Made by a program: the position numbers and the translations under genes. Positions 1-12,507 of a DNA stretch of 64,000 bases are shown piece by piece. The stretch is from Epiperipatus broadwayi (Eukaryota > Animalia > Onychophora). Location: NCBI GenBank assembly GCA_028023455.1, contig JAQFVV010000001.1, positions 30,442,001 to 30,506,000 of the forward strand. The letters run 5' to 3'. The notes under the pieces were generated by a model. The model made no database searches. It had not been told where the DNA came from and worked only from the letters and a program-made list of their open reading frames with translations. The first letter of the stretch is position 1, and every line of letters starts with the position of its first letter.

Positions 1-360
1 AACCTCCCAGATTTTGCTTCTCGTTTCCACTTTGCTCCAAAAATTTATTCGACTGTTGTCTTCGAAATTACGGAGAAATTTGAACAAGCTAAAAGTCATA
101 TGAATTTGATGGATTCTACCATACTGGGCAGTTAGGCAAAGCTTTGCTTGCCACCGAGGTCTTAAATACCATCAAAATGCCGTAGTATTTACCCAATATT
201 AATCTGAACTCTGTGCCGTGTCTGTAGGACTTTTCATGAAAGCATGCTATGTATTTCCACTTTCCTTGTCTGGGCAAATACCTATCGATGGACGGATCAA
301 GCCACGCATGTCAAGGGAACATGACCAAGGAACCAGGACAGTAATTGTATCTCTCCTCCA
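1..360. repeat. GC-richer, CpG-retaining fragment, probably a mobile-element remnant cut by the window edge
   Basis: Composition differs sharply from the AT-rich flank. Short broken reading frames only; no diagnostic motif recognised. Confidence 0.25.
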
Positions 361-661
361 TTGAACTATTTACTTTCTACCCTTTTTTGTTCATACCTTT
401 CTTAATTGCTTCATTGAATTATATTTCTGAAATGTATTTAATTATATTTGTTATGTAACCACTAGTCTTAGAGATATATATATATTGTGTGATCATCTAT
501 CTATATTTTTAACCCTTTTTCCTTTGCTATTCTTCATTACTAACATGTATAAATATTATGTATTCCATTGCTGTTAAGTTTAAAAGTTAATTTTTCATTT
601 AAAATCTCTTTCCAATTTCATTTATGTTTCTAAATTCAATACGAGTAAGTTTCCTTTGTTT

Positions 662-840
662 GCCAACTTGATCTCCTCGATAATGCCTCTTTTGTCCACC
701 ATTAGCTTATTACGTATATCTGATTAGCTATATACATCTTAAAATAATTTTTAAACTGTCTGTTTTTAGTGCAAAACAATTAGAAAATGCTTTGCGAAAG
801 ATTTTTATTATTGTACTTTATCAAGGAGATTCGAGTTGAC
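662..840. repeat. Small inverted-repeat (MITE-like) element
   Basis: GCCAACTTGATCTCCTCGATAA (662-683) versus the reverse complement of 818-840, GTCAACTCGAATCTCCTTGATAA. No TSD established. Confidence 0.45.
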
Positions 841-1099
841 AATTTTATTGAAATTGGGAAGAAAAGACTTAGACCGCAAAAATATTATCGTTTATATCCG
901 TTTTTATTGTGTAATTAGTTTTTCATTAATTCAGGGGAATAGCTGAGGCCATTAAAACATTATTAATATTTTAAAATCGTTAATTAAATATATTATTTGA
1001 CTAAAAAGCTTGAGTTTCCTAATTTTATTATAATGCTTTGTTTTGCTTTTCCAATGATCCAGGCACGCAAAACACATTTTTCATAGTACTTTTATGCAC

Positions 1100-1350
1100 A
1101 TTTAACTATTTAGCTCTGTAGGTGTTTTCGTCCATGTCTCTACCCTGATGCTAAGTTGGGCCGGATGAGAAAATAATTTATGCGTGTCTCAGATAATGTT
1201 GGTTCGTAGTTAGCCTCGAGAATAGGCGAATAGGGCAGAGGTCATAGTATTTTTGATTTAATATCTCGCACATGGGTGGCCTCGAGGTACTTTCGCCTAG
1301 TATTCGAACTGGGTTAAACCAACATACATCATCTGACTGTCACAACTGGC
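1100..1350. repeat. GC/CpG-rich unclassified repeat fragment
   Basis: Local composition shift with several CpGs in an otherwise CpG-poor intron; no motif assigned. Confidence 0.25.
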
Positions 1351-1699
1351 TACATCATTTTACATTCAGAAAGGTTTTTTTTAAAATATATATATATAAG
1401 TGAAAGAGTTGCAAGCATTTAATTAAAACTGCCTTTATAAAATATATTTTATTATTTCAAAACAATTTTTATCCTCTTTCTGAGATTATATAATTGTTTG
1501 GTAATTTCATTCAAATTAGAAATAAACTTCTGTAATAATTGCATATATCTCAGAATGACTGATTGAGAGCTTTTGGTACATTAAACTTGTGTATCATTTT
1601 TTTATGTTTTATTGTGAAGATTTGTTCCTCTTTTTTAATATCATAAATTGTCTTCCTACAATACAGTTATGATTTTGAAGATATTATGATTATGTTATA

Positions 1700-3250
1700 T
1701 GTTCCAATTTTGTTTAACATCTCTTTGAATACTTTCATGTGTTTTTTCAGTTATACTATAAACCAAATACATTTTATTATTCCTGCAACAACGTTTATTT
1801 TTATTAAATAAAGAGGCCTAATACTTTTTCCATAATTATTTGGGGAATGATTTTTCTTAACTCCTGTAGATAATTTGGTTCTTGTAATTTATTTGAAAAT
1901 GATTGGAAAGCAAAGTATTTTTTTTTATTTTCCTTATTATAATCGGATAATATAATATTCAGAATTTAATTTTATTACATTAAACTATTTTATTGCAATC
2001 AATCTCCATAATTTTTTTTTTATTCTAGTTCGAAAGAGTTACTGAATTTATCCCCAGTTCCAATATTAATATAATTTTTGCTTATTGCTTAAAAATGTAG
2101 TATAAAAGTCTCTTATAAGTTGATTTATTAGACTCATTAATAATTTTTGTCTTTCTCATAATTAATATCTTCTGTTAAGTAGTGAATATCAACACATGTT
2201 ATAAACTAACACTATATTGCATTATCATTCTTTAAAGACTTATTTATGTTTTTATGAAAAATTTTGAACATAATTGTGATTATTTTTCTAAGCTACTCCA
2301 GATATTTCTTCACCTTCTCTTTTCTCTAATCATTAAAACTTTTATTATCATTCAAGTCAGACATACTTGCTTTTCAATTTTTATTATTTTTATATTCAGT
2401 AATTAAAAATTCCTTATTGCTTTGTGCAAAATGTATTTTAATAATGGGTAACATATTGTAAAAATGTGTATTTAAATTTTAATGATACCTTGATATTCAA
2501 ATTCTTCTCTTTAATGTAAAAATCTTTCTCTACATCATTTTTCATTTTCAATCTTTTCTTTGTTTTATTTCTTATTCCTTTTAAATTATTTCATATTCTT
2601 AAACTATCTTTTATTTTAATTTCAATTGTTTATTTACCTACTGCATTTTTATTCATTTTAATAGAAACTACAAAGAATAAGTCTGGTTTGTCATTCATTT
2701 ATAAACATAATATTATGTAGCATCTTTAATATCACCATATTGACAGCTTATGAAAGATGCATTCTATTCTTTCTTATAATTTTGTAATCTTTTCACTAAA
2801 TTTATTTTAACTAGTTTTGCTTTTAATTGTATTTTTTTAATTTTTCTCTCAATAATTGTCATTCTAGTATGTTTTTCCCCTATAGTTAAGTTCATGCTGA
2901 TTGTTGAATAGAAACTTTATAATTATATCTTCAATCTTGGATGAGAAGAGTTGAAATTTAATAGCTCTTTGTAATTCATGAAATGCATTATTTTTCTGAA
3001 GAAATAGTTTTTTTTTTTTTTTTTAATTTATTTATGTTTATAAAAGGATTCACTAATAAACATTATTGATATATTGCCGAGTTTAGATCTCTGCCAGGAT
3101 CAGACAGTCTTGTTTTTTTACTTCTAATTTTTTGTTTCTTATTTATTTGTTGTTTTTTTTTTTAAGTTATTTTAATTTAAACCATGCTAATATGACCTTG
3201 TCATCTAATTGTTCTGCAAAATAATTTGCTTTCTTTTATATTTGAAAATA
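1700..3250 (-). mobile_element. Heavily decayed retroelement, possibly Penelope-like RT
   Basis: The minus strand is A-rich and coding-like. 2961-2938 translates LNFNSSHP, resembling the YLxFxSxHP motif of the Penelope RT C-terminal region. Otherwise many stops. Confidence 0.35.
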
Positions 3251-3264
3251 TTTTTCCAATAACT

Positions 3265-4215
3265 AAATTCTTAGTCTGGAGGTAATCAGCCTTTGACATG
3301 CACTGTTTAATCTTGTTACTGACTTACTAATGTTATAGTGAGTATGTAGGATACTCTCAAACCTAAATACGAGATAGAGAGTTTTAAAAGATAAGAACAG
3401 CTGTTTTATTTTTCTACCTAAATGCAATTACATAGGTCAGTCTAAAGCATATTGAAATGAGAGCATGAAGGTTTAATCTTTATAACTTTACTTCCATTAC
3501 ATTATTATTTATAGTTAAACCCAGCAAAATTTTCAAATTTACAGCTGGTATTAGATGAAATTGATTGTAATGTCATCTAATATTTAACAGTTGTAAATTT
3601 GAAAACTTCTGTGGGTTTAACTATAAATTAATAATGTAATGGTTGTAAAGTTACAAAAAATAAATTTTCATGCTCTCATTTTTAAATCCTTTAGATTAGC
3701 CTATGTAATTGCATTTAAATACAAAGATAAGACACTTGGTGTTATCTTTTAAAAGTCTCTCTTGTGTTTGGCTTTGAGAATGTCCTGCATACTCACTACA
3801 TAACATTGATTTCTTAGCAACATGATTAAACAGTGTATGATGAAGTCTGATTATCTTCTGATTAAGAATTACTAACAACTGCATTTGTAAATTATATTTT
3901 ATTAAATTGATTCTAACATCATTTAATATTTACTAGCTATAAATTTGAAAATTTTGCTGGATTTAACTATAAATTAATAATGTAATGGACATAAAGTTAC
4001 AAAGATTAAATCTTTATGCTCTTATTCCAAAATGCTTTAGATTGGCCTACATAATTGCATTTAAGTACAAAGATAAGATGGCCATTCTTATTTTTTAAAA
4101 GTCTCTATTTTGCATGAGTTTGACAGTGTCCTGCATTTACTATAACATCAATGAGTTAATAACATGATTAAGCAATGTGTGTCAAAGGCTGATTAATTTC
4201 TGATTAAGGATTAAA
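3265..4215. repeat. Three diverged ~300-340 bp copies: one inverted (3265-3558) facing two tandem copies (about 3573-3885 and 3895-4215)
   Basis: Shared blocks such as AAATTTGAAAA...TTTAACTATAAATTAATAATGTAATGG and TTGCATTTAA. The centre pairs TATTAGATGA (3549-3558) with TCATCTAATA (3573-3582). Confidence 0.9.
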
Positions 4216-4482
4216 GGGAAATGGTAAACGTTTATGAAATTCAATAATAATTCTCTTTAACATGGCATTTTAAATTTCACGTTTTTTTGCTTGTTACATA
4301 TATTTAAACTGACATCCCTAAAAGTTTGTCAATTTCATAGTTAAAGTTTGTCAAATTCAGTATCATTTCTTTTACTATAACCATGTTATTTTAAATTTGA
4401 ATTTAATACATGTTAAAGATATATTTAAACTTAAATCTTAAAATTTATCAAAAATATTAATATAATTGATCCAAAACGCCAT

Positions 4483-4579
4483 CTGAGAGGTCATCGAGAG
4501 CCTTGCAAGCAAGTGGTTGGTTGCAGACGGTTGTGGGTTCGCCTCCCAGCTGATGCTATGACATATGAAAAAAAAAAAA
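4483..4579 (+). mobile_element. Short poly(A)-tailed retro-insertion (SINE or 5'-truncated LINE end)
   Basis: GC-rich ~85 bp followed by an A-run, flanked by AAAACGCCAT (4473-4482) and AAAACGTCAT (4580-4589). GGGTTCGCCTCCC resembles a B box. Confidence 0.6.
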
Positions 4580-5452
4580 AAAACGTCATTTTTCAAATGA
4601 GAAATTAAATATGTGGTATAAACAGAGTTTAATTAATTTAAAATATATTTACAAAATCAAATTTTACTTTGATTTACCAAAACTACACTTTTCATTTAAA
4701 ACATTTCCCAACTCTGTACTCTGTTAACCAGTGCTTCCCTCATTTTGAGTTTTTATGACATCATTTGAAAACAGTTGCAATATAGATTTTCATCCATTTT
4801 TATATTGCAAATTATACATTTTTTAAAAACAAAGTAAAAAGTTATATGCTAATAAAATTTTATAAAAAAAAGAAAAAAAAATCATGCAAGATTCTTTAAG
4901 ATTGGTGCCACATTTGTAGAGTTATAAAGTCATAAACAAACTAACTAATATAGTAATATAGATAAATTAGATTTTAGTTACAAATGAGATTAAAGAAGAA
5001 AAAAGTTTAATTGCCGTAAGCTAATCATTTGTTTTTTAGTTACGTAGAGTTTGTGTTAGAATTAAGGAGAAAAAAATATCAATTATTGAAATCAACAATT
5101 AATAAATTCTTTGGATTACTGATTTTGTATGTATACATATTTTTAAAAAAAAATTAAATGTAGCATCATTTCATTAACCCCCCCCCTTTTTTTTAAAGAG
5201 AATTATTTCAATCAAATAATAAAAAAAAATAAACATTTTTTCTTTATTTTAATTATCAAAAATAGTCAAATATATATATAACAATGAGAATTTATCAAGA
5301 TTTTGTTAATTCACTTGCATATGTTTTCTAAACAAATAAATCCGTACAAATTATTATTACTTATGATGAAAATCTTTACTATAATGGCACACTTGATTAT
5401 AATATATGTGAATATTTTTAATTATATGTCGAAGTATTTCCATCATCTAGTT

Positions 5453-5924
5453 CAGGTGTGGCCACTTTTTATGTTTATAAGATCTACTTTTTATTTTTAA
5501 AGTGTGATGCGATCGATTTGTTGTCATAGGCATAGTCTAAGTGGAGGGAGGTGTGAAATACATACTGTTTTTATATATCTACCTAGTAAAAAATAATAAT
5601 TATTTAACGGGCCAAAAAACTCATGTCCGGGGGGATTAAAGCAACATGAGTAATTATTAACAATATTTATTAATTCAAATTAGCTACATTAAATCAAGAT
5701 TAAAAATATTATTTTCAATAATGATACGACTTAGTGGACTTCCCCTATCTAGAATTGAAAAAAAAATTAGAACAAAAACAAAAATAACAAAAAAAAACTT
5801 GAAAATCTTGACTTAATTTGTTTCACTCGTTATCCGACAGCTCTTGCCAGATTGGCCTAGCGATCTACCAAAATTGACTTTGCGATCAGCCGGTGGATCA
5901 CAATCGATTTGTTGGCCACCCCTG
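5453..5924. mobile_element. Non-autonomous hAT element (MITE, Charlie/Buster-type ends)
   Basis: TIRs CAGGTGTGGCCA / TGGCCACCCCTG. Exact 8-bp TSD ATCTAGTT at 5445-5452 and 5925-5932. Subterminal ATCGATTTGTTG near both ends. Confidence 0.92.
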
Positions 5925-6244
5925 ATCTAGTTGAAGTGTTAAATATTTTTATAAAATTTAAACTTTATCCTTTTTTCAAATACATTTAACTGTTAACAAT
6001 AACAGATAGATTAGAGTTTATACTAACCTGTGTGTTATTATTAACAATTTAAGTATTTGTATATTTTTTATTAAAAATATTTAACATCCATCCAGATGAT
6101 AGAAATGATTCAACATATAATATTAAATAAAATGCCATTATAACAAAGCTTCAGGTAAATAATATATGAATATCTATATTTACATGTTGGATTTACACTT
6201 TTAAAGTATTGTTATTATATTAATATTTATTCTTGATTTAATAG

Positions 6245-6428
6245 ATCCAAAAGGTTCGAAACAAAAAATTATGGGATCGTTATTTACATCGACGAAAAGA
6301 AGTAGCAGAAGAGAACCATAACCAAGAAAATGAACGCATGTTATTTCATGGTTCACCATTTATCAATGCCATTGTTCATAAAGGATTTGATGAAAGGCAT
6401 GCATATATTGGTGGTATGTTTGGAGCAG
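6245..6428 (+). CDS. TNKS: Tankyrase PARP catalytic domain, internal exon (phase 0 start, phase 1 end)
   Basis: AG acceptor at 6243-6244 and GTAAG donor at 6429. The 184 nt translate to [61 protein letters not shown]+G, matching the tankyrase catalytic region (HGS motif, D-loop GGMFGAG). Confidence 0.97.
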
Positions 6429-7114
6429 GTAAGAAAAACAATGAAATTTTATTTAAAAATAAATTTAAATTGAATACATTTAAAACTTTTTAAGAAAAGA
6501 TTTGTTAAATAAAATATTTTAAATTGATGGGATTTTATTATTATTTTTTAACATTATCATAAATTTAATATCATTGATTTAAAGCTGAAGATGATTTTTA
6601 TGATTTGGAGCATATCATTTTATACTTTTGCAACTTTTTTTCATTTTGCTTTTTTAATTATTTGTTTAGTTGTGAAAGTGAAACATGAACTCTCTTATTA
6701 ACGTAATATAAAAGCATTGGAAAATATTTACTTAAGGATGATCTATAATATTCTAAAATATGATGGCATATATGTTTTGCTTGCTGAATGTGATAATGTT
6801 GTTGTTTTTTCTTTTTATTGTAATTTTATAATCTTGTTGAAAAGGTTATACAAATGAAGAATAATAAACTTCCTGAAAATATGTTTTATATTAAACTTAA
6901 TACAGTTTTCATTGTAGAGGAAGAGTTCATTTACATCATAAAGATTATTTCCAAAGACATTCTAAGGTGGTTCAATATTGATTGCTTTCATTTGTCACTG
7001 ATGAAGATAAAAACATGATTATAAATAAGTCATATTCAGAAAGCACTTTGTTCTAGTTTACTTCTATAGTTATAATTAATTAATATTAATATGTTTTTTT
7101 GGTTATTGTTTTTG

Positions 7115-7555
7115 AAACCCTTTATATTAGTGTTTTACTATTTATCTTTATTCCTACTTATGTGATAATTTGTGGAATTTGATAACTATTGTAATATTTC
7201 CTATAGCTTTACTTCATTTAATTACATCATCTTCAAACTATAATTAGCTCAATTAGTCATTTCTTTTTATTCATAAATCTACAATAAAAAGATTAGGAGA
7301 GAGGACTGACCCTATTGTTAATTCTTACCTTTATTCATCTTTTTAATCGCACAATGGAATCTGGTCATTAGTGTTGCATTTTGACAACATTTCTCACAAT
7401 TTGACAGTATTATGAATCTATATCATGATATTCTAAAACTTTAATCACAGATGAAAATGTTTATTCAATCAAATACTGTTTCTTAATCTATGAATTCAAT
7501 TCACAAATAGTAATTCATATTAGTTATTCCTTTTTACTATATAAATTGTATATAA
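7115..7555 (-). mobile_element. LINE (RTE-like) reverse transcriptase fragment, decayed
   Basis: Minus-strand remnants in RT order: QG..LS-like segment, FEDDVI (FADD motif), GIKINSKT. Confidence 0.7.
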
Positions 7556-7608
7556 AAGAACATTTTAAAATTCTGACTAATTATTTTTATAATTTGTCCT
7601 CTTTATTA

Positions 7609-7662
<54 letters not shown>
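7609..7662. repeat. (ATT)18 microsatellite
   Basis: Perfect trinucleotide run read directly. Confidence 0.95.
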
Positions 7663-10600
7663 TATAAAAATAATTGTTAGAATTCACTTGAATTTTTATC
7701 TTTCTGTGACACAATTTTTTAATTTTTATGTTTTTTTTTTAAAAATTCATTTCAATTATATACTTATTAAGCTATATAAAATAAAATTAAATTTTGTTTA
7801 TTTAAAAAAAAAACTATATATTATAATAATTAAAATTGAATAGTGATTAACATAACCACCTGTCATGTCTTTATGTGTAATTCAAATTCAGACCAAGTGA
7901 AATTTTCAACAATAAAAATTAACATTACAATCAGGTTTAGGATTTTTCTTTCATGCAGCCAATCCATATTTGCTCATTAAATGAGTATTTTGCTTTTTTT
8001 TTTTCAGCTAGAGAGTAAAACAAACTAGGAAAACCATAAACCCTTATGATCTGTAAATTGGCTAAAACTGGTAATTTCTTTTCCTTCAGTGTTTTTTTTT
8101 TTTTTTGAGTGATATTGAAGCTTTTGCTCTCAAGTGAGCTAATTAAATTTTGTTTTATCTTTTAATGAATATTTATTGACAATAGTCACTATAATTAAAA
8201 AAAAAAAATTGTCTCTCTAATAAAATTAACCAATTTATAAATAGTACTTAATATAATTTATTCTATATTGGTTTTTAGTTTTGCATAATTGCAAATTGAT
8301 TTAACTATATTAACAAATTTTAATATTTTAGCTTGTAAAATATTCACAATCAATAAAGCTGAAGTTTAAATATTATAAAAATTAATAAAACATATTAAAT
8401 TATTGTAAAATTGAGCAGATTTTTAAATATTATATTGCAAATATGGATTTTATAATGTTTTAAAAAGTTTGTTTTTAAACAAAATATATATCATTTATAG
8501 TAATTATATTTTTTATGATAAATTGTGTAAATAAATTAGAATAAATTTTTAATAAACTGTGAAAAATAATTGCAGTCATAACTATGTATGTGTATATATA
8601 TATATATATTATAACACCCAAAAAAAGTTTTTATTTTCATATATGTAATATGGCTACTGTATTGCTTACATTAATACAAATTTTATAATCTCTTAAACTT
8701 TCAATTAATATCCAAATTTAAAGTATATATATTGTAATCTTCCAAAAGGATGCTAGAACAAGTGCTGGACCAAAGATTACTCCTCAATTATCAGAATACC
8801 TATAAATTTTCTACAGAGTATGAGTTTTCTCACAGACAACATAATAACTAATTATAATTATTAATGTGCCAGGTTCTTATAACAAATTAAATCTTACCTC
8901 AGGTTTTTTTTTTTTTTTTAAATTGAGATTCTTCTTACAATTTTTAAAATCTCATATCAGGTTCTAAAATGTTTATATCTCACTCAGGGTTCAAAATTAA
9001 AATGCATTTGGAACAAGAAAAATGATAATGGTAATGTACTTTAAGTCTCTAAAATGTGTCCATTATTCAAGTTACACTTTAAACATTTTATGTTCTTTTA
9101 GTTTTGTCATTAAATATTTGTATTTTAAATAAGTAGAAATGTGAAGACACTATAATGAAGTATTTAAATACTTAAATAACATATGGCTAGTAAATTAAAA
9201 CATTTCTAAATATTTTAAAATTCATTAAGTGTAAATATTTCACATCTACCACCTATAAACATTTCAAAAATTTTATATTTTCTGATACAACTTTCAGTAA
9301 GTACTCGAATGGGATAATGCAGTAAGTAGGAAAGGTATATTTTTTACTACCAGCTACATTACAAGTGCATTTGAAATAAAACACAAATAAACATAATATT
9401 TATCTTCTTATAATGCAAGTAAAAATGAACAATAAGCAAAATAAATAAACAAATTTTAATATGCAGATAAAAATGAATAATAAATAAAGCAGATAAATAA
9501 ATTCTGTGTGATCATTTAAAAAGTACTCTTACAAAATAATTAATAATAAGATTATATTAAATAAGATTTTCTAAGTAACATTGGTGATAATATAATAATG
9601 GCAATGAAACAGAAATGTATTTGATTAATAATAAAAATATTTATTTATACTATTAGATAATACTTATACAACAAAATATTTATTTACAAGAAGCATCATT
9701 TTTAAATTTAATAAATTAGACTAATTTCAAACATATAAATGTTCATACATTTATAAAGAAAATGTGTGTTAATTTTAAAATCGGATTTACTCATACTGAG
9801 CTACGATTGTGGTATGCATTGTATTGAAAGCATGTTCAGCATGAATAAAGTCAATTTTTAAAATAGCTTGTCTATCTTTTCTCTATAAATGTCTGAACAT
9901 TTACATTACAAGTGCAAAGAAAAAAGATATTAAATGAATTACATAATAAATTAGACTTAACAAAATATTAATAAATTATACACATAAATATCTCTTTCCA
10001 TAAAACATTCCTAAAGTATTTACAGTACAAGCAATTATCATCACTCTAAAGTTTTCACTTTTATTTAATCTAGTCTTATCTTAAATATTATACATGCAGA
10101 GTAATACAATACATCTGTATGCCTATATTTAGGTCACCAATAAAATATTATATACTTTATGCAGTAAAACTGGGTTTGAAAATCATTGGAGACACTTTTT
10201 ATAGATTTACAAAGATAGCAAAATTATGCAAAAAAGTATTATGAATATCATAGTACTAACACCTATGTTGGGGCAAAGAAATAAATATGCTCGATGCTCA
10301 CAATCTATTTTAAGTTTAAGTTGTAGCAGAGCTCATAATATATTTTAAAGATAAGCAAGACTTCAGATATAACATACTAAAATACACATTATATTAAAGT
10401 CCAGGCAGAGTGGGTAATAAAAAATATGAATAAGAAAAATACAAGTAGGCACTTAGTAACTATGCGCAGGTAGTACTGGCAAATAAGCAAGTTAATACTC
10501 TCATTCATAAAGGGACTGAATGCATACAAAAATAATGTACTATCCACATAAAATTTTCCCAAATAGATACATTAATAGTATAAGGCATGGATTTGATAAT

Positions 10601-11967
10601 GATAATAAGTAGATAAATAATTAAATGCCTTGCGCACACATACAAAGGCATACAATGCATCCATTTGATTTAACTCTATGCCAACAAATCGTAATTGCAT
10701 AACAATAATAACATTTAATTTTATAAGCTATCTCAAATACACCAGCATTCATAACACTTATTCATAACCATTTATATTGGATATATAAAAAAGCTGTTAT
10801 ACTCTGAGGAAAATAATTCATTTTGGCTGAAACAACAAATACAAGAACTCTGAAAAATAATAAAAATTACTTCTTTTTACCTAATATTTCTTATCCATCT
10901 TTGTTCACATACTCTTACCATTATACATATATTTTGCAACACCATAAATAATAATAGCAATTAAATATAAGCATAAATTATAATTACATAATATCAATAA
11001 TAAATTTTTAATATATCCAATATATATATATATATATTCTAAGTAATTTGTTTTACCATTTAGATTAGGGATTTAAGTTCTCTTATAATAAAATAATCCT
11101 CTTTCGTTCGAGTTCTTTTGTATATTTAAGAAAATATGCAATACAGTCTTTCCTTCAAGCAGATAAAAAATACACTTATCATAATTAAGAGCAGAAATTC
11201 TTTTTTTTGCATGAGGTTCATAATTAAAGCACAAATTCAAAGAAATAGGAGCAGATAGAGGATATTAGATAATAACTTCTTTGTAAAGTTGAATATAATA
11301 AAGTTCACATATTTTAATAATATTAAGTTATGACACGAGTTTAATCATTTTTTCTTTCTTTAAAGTAAAATAATATATATTTCAAAAACAAGCAATTTAG
11401 GAAATATTCCAAATGAATAGGAAGATGAATTTAAAACAGATAATTATATCAATTTAATATTAACTTATATGCATTACTAGAAAATTAAATGAATGAAGCT
11501 TCTCTTCAATGTATTGAAGAAGCTAATTCTTATGACTTTTTCTTTTTTTAAAATTATATAATACAATTCCAAATCATTACAATTTCTTTTAGCATTAATA
11601 TAATCAATGCTTTTTTTGGTAATTTGTCATTACCATATTTTTAATTTGACAGAAATATAATAACTTTTATATGTATTTCCTAAACAAATTAAGAATAATT
11701 GTCTTCTATAAAATTATTCATCAATTATTTATTTTTACATCAAAATTTTATCAAACATGTAATAAGTACTTCATTAATAAATAAAATTAGTGCTAATAAT
11801 GATTTAAAATATTAAAGTGTTGAAAGCAATTATTACAGCTAAAGTTCAAATTAATTAATGATTTTAAAATAAGAGCAAACTAAAAATATTCTTCTAATGC
11901 TGCTGATTTCCTTTTAAAAGTGAATGATATTTTTAACATCTTTCCATGATTTACTGCTTGATGAGTT

Positions 11968-12507
11968 GGTTAAGCATATACTTTAGTGTAATACTGCAAT
12001 GGATAACTTTTAACTCTTTTATTTGGACATTTGAAATGATAAAAGAAAAATCAAGTAAAAGCTTTTAAACTGTATTCAAATATGAAACAAAATACAATCA
12101 AAATAAATTCAGTAAGATTTTCAATATGCTAATAATTATTTCCTGTTTTTTATATCTAAACACCATTGCATGTCTGTTCTCTGAAGTACTTATCAGATGA
12201 CCCAGTTCAACCAGTCCTATTTAAATAGATAGGTGGGTTAAGCATATACTTTAGTGTAATACTGCAATGGATAACTTTTAACTCTTTTATTTGGACATTT
12301 GAAATGATAAAAGAAAAATCAAGTAAAAGCTTTTAAACTGTATTCAAATAGTGAAACAAAATACAATCAAAATAAATTCAATAAGATTTTCAATACGCTA
12401 ATAATTATTTCCTGTTTTTTTTATATCTAAACACCATTGCATGTCTGTTCTCTGAAGTACTTATCAGATGACCCAGTTCAACCAGTCCTATTTAAATAGA
12501 TAAGTGG
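11968..12507. repeat. Near-identical tandem duplication, 268-bp period
   Basis: GGTTAAGCATATACTTTAGTG starts at 11968 and at 12236. The copies differ by only a few substitutions and indels. Confidence 0.95.

Noticed and set aside
6998-7045. CTGATGA followed distantly by GAAA
   Set aside because: No stem II pairing.
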